A stretch of DNA of 64,000 bases, from contig OZ024740.1 of the NCBI GenBank assembly GCA_964016885.1, positions 265,546,001-265,610,000 on the forward strand, read 5' to 3'. Both the position numbers and the translations under genes were made by a program. Under the pieces are notes generated by a model, which was given only the letters and a program-made list of their open reading frames with translations, was not told the origin of the DNA and did not search any database. How positions within the stretch are numbered: position 1 is the stretch's first letter; the number at the start of each line of letters is the position of its first letter. Positions 58,501-64,000 of the stretch are shown piece after piece. Origin of the DNA: Eledone cirrhosa. Lineage: Eukaryota.

Positions 58501-61500
58501 CGCCTAGCCAACACTTATCAACTGCTGTTTCTATCCACCTAGCCAACACTTATCGTCTGCTGTTTCTATCCACATAGCCAACACTTATCGTCTGCTGTTT
58601 ATATCCACCTAGCCATCACTTATCATCTGCTGTTTCTATCCACCTAGTCAACACTTATCGTCTGCTGTTTCTATCCACCTAGCCAACACTTATCGTCTGC
58701 TGTTTCTATCCACCTAGCCAACACTTATCGTCTGCTGTTTCTATCCACTCAGCCAACACTTATCGTCTGCTGTTTCTATCCATTCAGCCAACACTTATCG
58801 TCTGCTGTTTCTATCCACCTAGCCAACACTTATCAACTGCTGTTTCTATCCACCTAGCCAACACTTATCGTCTGCTGTTTCTATCCACCTAGCCAACACT
58901 TATCGTCTGCTGTTTCTATCCACCTAGCCAACACCTATCGTCTGCTGTTTCTATCCACTTAGCCAACACTTATCAACTGCTGTTTCTATCCACCTAGCCA
59001 ACACTTATCGTCTGCTTTTTCTATCCACCTAGCCGACACTTATCGTCTGCTGTTTCTATCCACCTAACCAACACTTATCGTCTGCTGTTTCTCTCTACCT
59101 AGACAACACTTATCAACTGCTGTTTCTATCCACCTAGCCAACACTTATCGTCTGCTGTTTCTATCCACCTAGCCAACACTTATCGGCTGCTGTTTCTATC
59201 CACCTAGCCAACACTTATCGTCTGCTGTTTCTATCCACCTAGCCAACACTTATCGTATGCTATTTCTATCCACCTAGCCAACACTTATCGTCTGCTGTTT
59301 CTATCCACCTAGCCAACACCTATCGTCTGCTGTTTCTATCCACCTAGCCAACACTTATCAACTGCTGTTTCTATCCACCTAGCCAACACTTATCGTCTGC
59401 TGTTTCTATCCACCTAGCCGACACTTATCGTCTGCTGTTTCTATCCACCTAGCCAACACTTATCGTCTGCTGTTTCTATCCACCTAGCCAACACTTATCG
59501 TCTGACATTTCTATCCGCCTTGCCAACACTTATCGTCTGCTGTTTCTATCCACCTAGCCAACACTTATCGTCTGCTGTCTCTATCCACCTAGCCAACACT
59601 TATCGTCTGCTGTTTCTATCCATGTAGCCAACACTTATCGTCTGCTGTTTCTATCCACCTAGCCAACATTTATCGTCTGCTGTTTCTATCCACTCAGACA
59701 TCACTTATCGTCTGCTGTCTCTATTCACCTAGCCAACACTTATCGTCTGCTTTTTCTATCCACCTAGCCAACACTTATCAACTGCTGTTTCTATCCACAT
59801 AGCCAACACTTATCGTCTGCCGTTTCAATCCACCTAGCCAACACTTATCGTCTGATGTTTCTATCCATTCAGCCAACACTTATCGTCTGCTGTTTCTATC
59901 CACCTAGCCAACACTTATCGTCTGCTGTTTCTATCCACTCAGCCAACACTTATCGTCTGCTGTTTCAATCCACCTAGCCAACACTTATCGTCTGAGGTTT
60001 CTATCCATTCAGACAACACTTATCGTCTGCTGTTTCAATCCACCTAGCCAACACTTATCGTCTGATGTTTCTATCCATTCAGCCAACACTTATCGGCTGC
60101 TGTTTCTATCCACCTAGCCAACACTTATCGTCTGCTGTTTCTATCCACCTAGCCAACACTTATCGTCTGCTGTTTCTATCCACATAGCCAACACTTATCG
60201 TCTGCTGTTTCTATCCACCTAGCCAACACTTATCAACTGCTGTTTCTATCCACCTAGCCAACACTTATCGTCTGCTTTTTCTATCCACCTAGCCGACACT
60301 TATCGTCTGCTGTTTCTATCCACCTAACCAACACTTATCGTCTGCTGTTTCTCTCTCCCTAGACAACACTTATCGTCTGCGGTTTCTATCCACCTAGCCA
60401 ACACTTATCGTCTGCTGTTTCTATCCACCTAGCCAACACTTATCGGCTGCTGTTTCTATCCACCTAGCCAACACTTATCGTCTGCTGTTTCTATCCACCT
60501 AGCCAACACTTATCGTCTGCTGTTTCTATCCACCTAGCCAACACTTATCGTCTGCTGTTTCTCTCCACCTAGCCAACACCTATCGTCTGCTGTTTCTATC
60601 CACCTAGCCAACACTTATCAACTGCTGTTTCTATCCACCTAGCCAACACTTATCGTCTGCTGTTTCTATCCACCTAGCCGACACTTATCGTCTGATGTTT
60701 CTATCCACCTAGCCAACACTTATCGTCTGCTGTTTCTCTCTACCTAGATAACACTTATCGTCTGCGGTTTCTATCCACCTAGCCAACAGTTATCGTCTGC
60801 TGTTTCTATACACCTAGCCAACACATATCGTCTGCTGTTTCTATCTGACTTGCCAACACTTATCGTCTGCTGTTTCTATCCGCCTTGCCAACACTTATCG
60901 TCTGCTGTTTCTATCCGTCTTGCCAACACTTATCGTCTGCTGTTTCTATCCTACTAGCCAACACTTATCGTCTGCTTATTTTCTATCCACCTAGCCAACA
61001 CTTATCGTCTGCTGTTTCTATCCACCTAGCCAAAACTTATCGTCTGCTGTTTCTATCCACCTAGCCAACACTTATCGTGTGCTGTTTCTATCCACTCAGT
61101 CAACACTTATCGTCTGCTGTTTCTATCCACCTAGCCAACACTTATCGTCTGATGTTTCTATCCAACTAGCCAACACTTATCGTCTTCTGTTTCTATCCAC
61201 CTAGCCAACACTTATCGTCTGCTGTTTCTATCCACTCAGCCAACACTTATCGTCTGCTGTTTCTATCCATTCAGCCAACACTTATCGTCTGCTGTTTCTA
61301 TCCACCTAGCCAACACTTACCGTCTGCTGTTTCTATCCACTCAGCCAACACTTATCGTCTGCTGTTTCTATCCACCTAGCCAACACTTATCGTCTGCTGT
61401 TTCTATCCACCTAGCCAACACTTATCGTCTGCTGTTTCTATCCACTCAGCCAACACTTATCGTCTGCTGTTTCTATCCATTCAGCCAACACTTATCGTCT

Positions 61501-62680
61501 GCTGTTTCTATCCACCTAGCCAACACTTATCGTCTGCTGTTTCTATCCACTCAGCCAACACTTATCGTCTGCTGTTTCTATCCATTCAGCCAACACTTAT
61601 CGTCTGCTGTTTCTATCCACCTAGCCAACACTTACCGTCTGCTGTTTCTATCCACTCAGCCAACACTTATCGTCTGATGTTTCTATCCACCTAGCCAACA
61701 CTTATCGTCTGCTGTTTCTATCCACCTAGCCAACACTTATCGTCTGCTGTTTCTATCCACCTAGCCAACACTTATCGTCTGTTGTTTCTATCCACCTAGC
61801 CGACACTTATCGTCTGCTGATTCTATCCACCTAGCCAACACTTATCGTCTGCTGCTTCTATCCGCCTTGCCAACACTTATCATCTGCTGTTTCTATCCAC
61901 CTAGCCAACACTTATCGTCTGCTGTTTCAATCCACTCAGCCAACACTTATCGTCTGCTATTTCTATCCACCTAGCCAACACTTATCGTCTGATGTTTCTA
62001 CCATTCAGCCAACACTTATCATCTGCTGTTTCTATCCACCTAGCCAACACTTATCGTCTGCTGTTTCTATCCACCTAGCCAACACTTATCGTCTGCCGTT
62101 TCTATCCACCTAGCCAACACTTATCGTCTGCTGTTTCTATCCACCTAGCCAACACTTATCGTCTGCTGTTTCGATCCACCTAGCCAACACTTATCGTCTG
62201 CTCTTTCTATCCACCTAGCCAACACGTATCGTCTGCTGTTTCTAACCACCATCCAACACTTATCGTCTGCTGTTTCTATCCACCTAGGCAACACTTATCG
62301 TCTGCTGTTTTTATCCACCTAGCCAACACTTATCGTCTGCTGTTTCTATCCGCCTAGCCAACACTTATCAACTGCTGTTTCTATCCACCTAGCCAACACT
62401 TATCGTCTGCTGTTTCTATCCACATAGCCAACACTTATCGTCTGCTGTTTATATCCACCTAGCCATCACTTATCATCTGCTGTTTCTATCCACCTAGTCA
62501 ACACTTATCGTCTGCTGTTTCTATCCACCTAGCCAACACTTATCGTCTGCTGTTTCTATCCACCTAGCCAACACTTATCGTCTGCTGTTTCTATCCACTC
62601 AGCCAACACTTATCGTCTGCTGTTTCTATCCATTCAGCCAACACTTATCGTCTGCTGTTTCTATCCACCTAGCCAACACT
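52600..62680 (+). repeat. Mosaic of 2.5-3 copies of a 3.6-3.85-kb (103-110 monomer) higher-order unit
   Basis: CCACTTAGCC marker near 52727, 56332 and 58955; CCATGTAGC near 53392, 56997 and 59620; 2-bp insertion near 54750 and 60977; deletion pair near 55527/55778, 58150/58400 and 62000/62250. Confidence 0.8.
55412..60665 (+). repeat. Tandem duplication of about 2.62 kb (75 monomers minus 2 bp)
   Basis: AACCACCATCC deletion variant at 55771/58394 (offset 2623); TTTCAATCCACTCAG at about 55452/58075; CGTATGCTAT at 56631/59254. Confidence 0.9.
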
Positions 62681-64000
62681 TACCGTCTGCTGTTTCTATC
62701 CACTCACCAACATTTATCGTCTGCTGTTTCTATCCACCTAGCCAACACTTATCGTCTGCTGTTTCTATCCACCTAGCCAACACTTATCGTCTGTTGTTTC
62801 TATCCGCCTAGCCGACACTTATCGTCTGCTGATTCTATCCACCTAGCCAACACTTATCGTGTGCTGTTTCTATCCGCCTTGCCAACACTTATCGTCTGCT
62901 GTTTCTATCCACCTAGCCAACACTTATCGTCTGCTGTTTCTATCCACCTAGCCAACACCTATCGTCTGCTGTTTCTATCCACCTAGCCAACACTTATCAA
63001 CTGCTGTTTCTATCCACCTAGCCAACACTTATCGTCTGCTTTTTCTATCCACCTAGCCGACACTTATCGTCTGCTGTTTCTCTCTACCTAGACAACACTT
63101 ATCGTCTGCGGTTTCTATCCACCTAGCCAACACTTATCGTCTGCTGTTTCTATCCACCTAGCCAACACTTATCGTCTGCTGTTTCTATCCACCTAGCCAA
63201 CACCTATCGTCTGCTGTTTCTATCCACCTAGCCAACACTTATCAACTGCTGTTTCTATCCACCTAGCCAACACTTATCGTCTGCTGTTTCTATCCACCTA
63301 GCCGACACTTATCGTCTGCTGTTTCTATCCACCTAGCCAACACTTATCGTCTGCTGTTTCTCTCTACCTAGATAACACTTATCGTCTGCGGTTTCTATCC
63401 ACCTAGCCAACAGTTATCGTCTGCTGTTTCTATCTGACTTGCCAACACTTATCGTCTGCTGTTTCTATCCGCCTTGCCAACACTTATCGTCCGCTGTTTC
63501 TATCCGTCTTGCCAACACTTATCGTCTGCTGTTTCTATCCACCTAGCCAACACTTATCGTCTGATGTTTCTACCATTCAGCCAACACTTATCATCTGCTG
63601 TTTCTATCCACCTAGCCAACACTTATCGTCTGCTGTTTCTATCCACCTACCCAACACTTATCGTCTGTTGTTTCTCTCCGCCTAGCCGACACTTATCGTC
63701 TGCTGATTCTATCCACCTAGCCAACACTTATCGTCTGCTGTTTCTATCCACCTAACCAACACTTATCGTCTGCTGTTTCTCTCTACCTAGACAACACTTA
63801 TCGTCTGCGGTTTCTATCCACCTAGCCAACACTTATCGTCTGCTGTTTCCATCCACCTAGCCAACACTTATCGGCTGCTGTTTCTATCCACCTAGCCAAC
63901 ACTTATCGTCTGCTGTTTCTATCCACCTAGCCAACACTTATCGTCTGCTGTTTCTATCCACCTAGCCAACACTTATCGTTTGCTGTTTCTATCCACCTAG

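Larger units (their letters stand above)
1..64000 (+). repeat. 35-bp tandem satellite array, about 1829 monomers, consensus TATCGTCTGCTGTTTCTATCCACCTAGCCAACACT; runs off both window edges
   Basis: The monomer is visible in every line with no spacer or unique sequence and no inversion seen. Arithmetic check: 1828x35 + 27 - 7 (net indels counted) = 64000. Most monomers carry 0-2 substitutions. Confidence 0.99.

Noticed and set aside
270-63755. All 26 ORFs in the ORF track (66-146 aa, PTLIVCCFYPPSQHLSSAVSIHLANTYRLLFLST repeats)
   Set aside because: These are translations of the satellite. Because 35 is not a multiple of 3, the single TAG hits each frame every 105 bp, and ORFs arise only where CTAG variants (TCAG, TTG, TGG) or indels skip it. 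There is no sign of frame maintenance or gene context.
1-64000. CRISPR array (the 35-bp repeat length is CRISPR-like)
   Set aside because: There are no spacers (monomers abut directly), no leader, no cas genes and no clear palindromic stem.
1-64000. Variant pattern as an information-storing code or diversity-generating cassette system
   Set aside because: The order of variants is adequately explained by nested duplications and point mutation. No recombinase, reverse transcriptase or expression site is present in the window.
1-64000. Telomerase-synthesised repeat or rolling-circle/sequencing concatemer
   Set aside because: Variants are inherited in long collinear blocks with hierarchical history, which fits neither fresh templated synthesis nor random read error.
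1-64000. Embedded transposon, inversion, or tRNA/rRNA gene
   Set aside because: None was seen on reading through, and phase arithmetic accounts for all 64,000 bases as same-strand monomers.

Overview
The whole 64,000-bp window is one uninterrupted, head-to-tail, single-orientation tandem array (satellite DNA) of a 35-bp monomer, consensus TATCGTCTGCTGTTTCTATCCACCTAGCCAACACT (16/35 GC; 12 T, 12 C, 7 A, 4 G on the + strand). Phase tracking gives 1828 complete monomers plus 27 bp with a net -7 bp from 13 small indels. I see no unique sequence, gene, RNA gene, transposon or CRISPR spacer. All listed ORFs are read-through translations of the repeat. The informative signal is in the monomer variants, which act as a barcode. 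They reveal nested, monomer-registered block duplications of about 0.7, 0.84, 1.75, 1.82, 2.6, 3.15, 3.85, 4.0 and 9.5 kb. They also show a short locally templated segment at the junction of the 9.5-kb duplication, and a variant cassette shared by both ends of the window but altered in the middle. The pattern is most consistent with eukaryotic heterochromatic, centromeric or subtelomeric satellite. Organism and function cannot be determined from the sequence alone, and I found no support for a novel protein-coding system.
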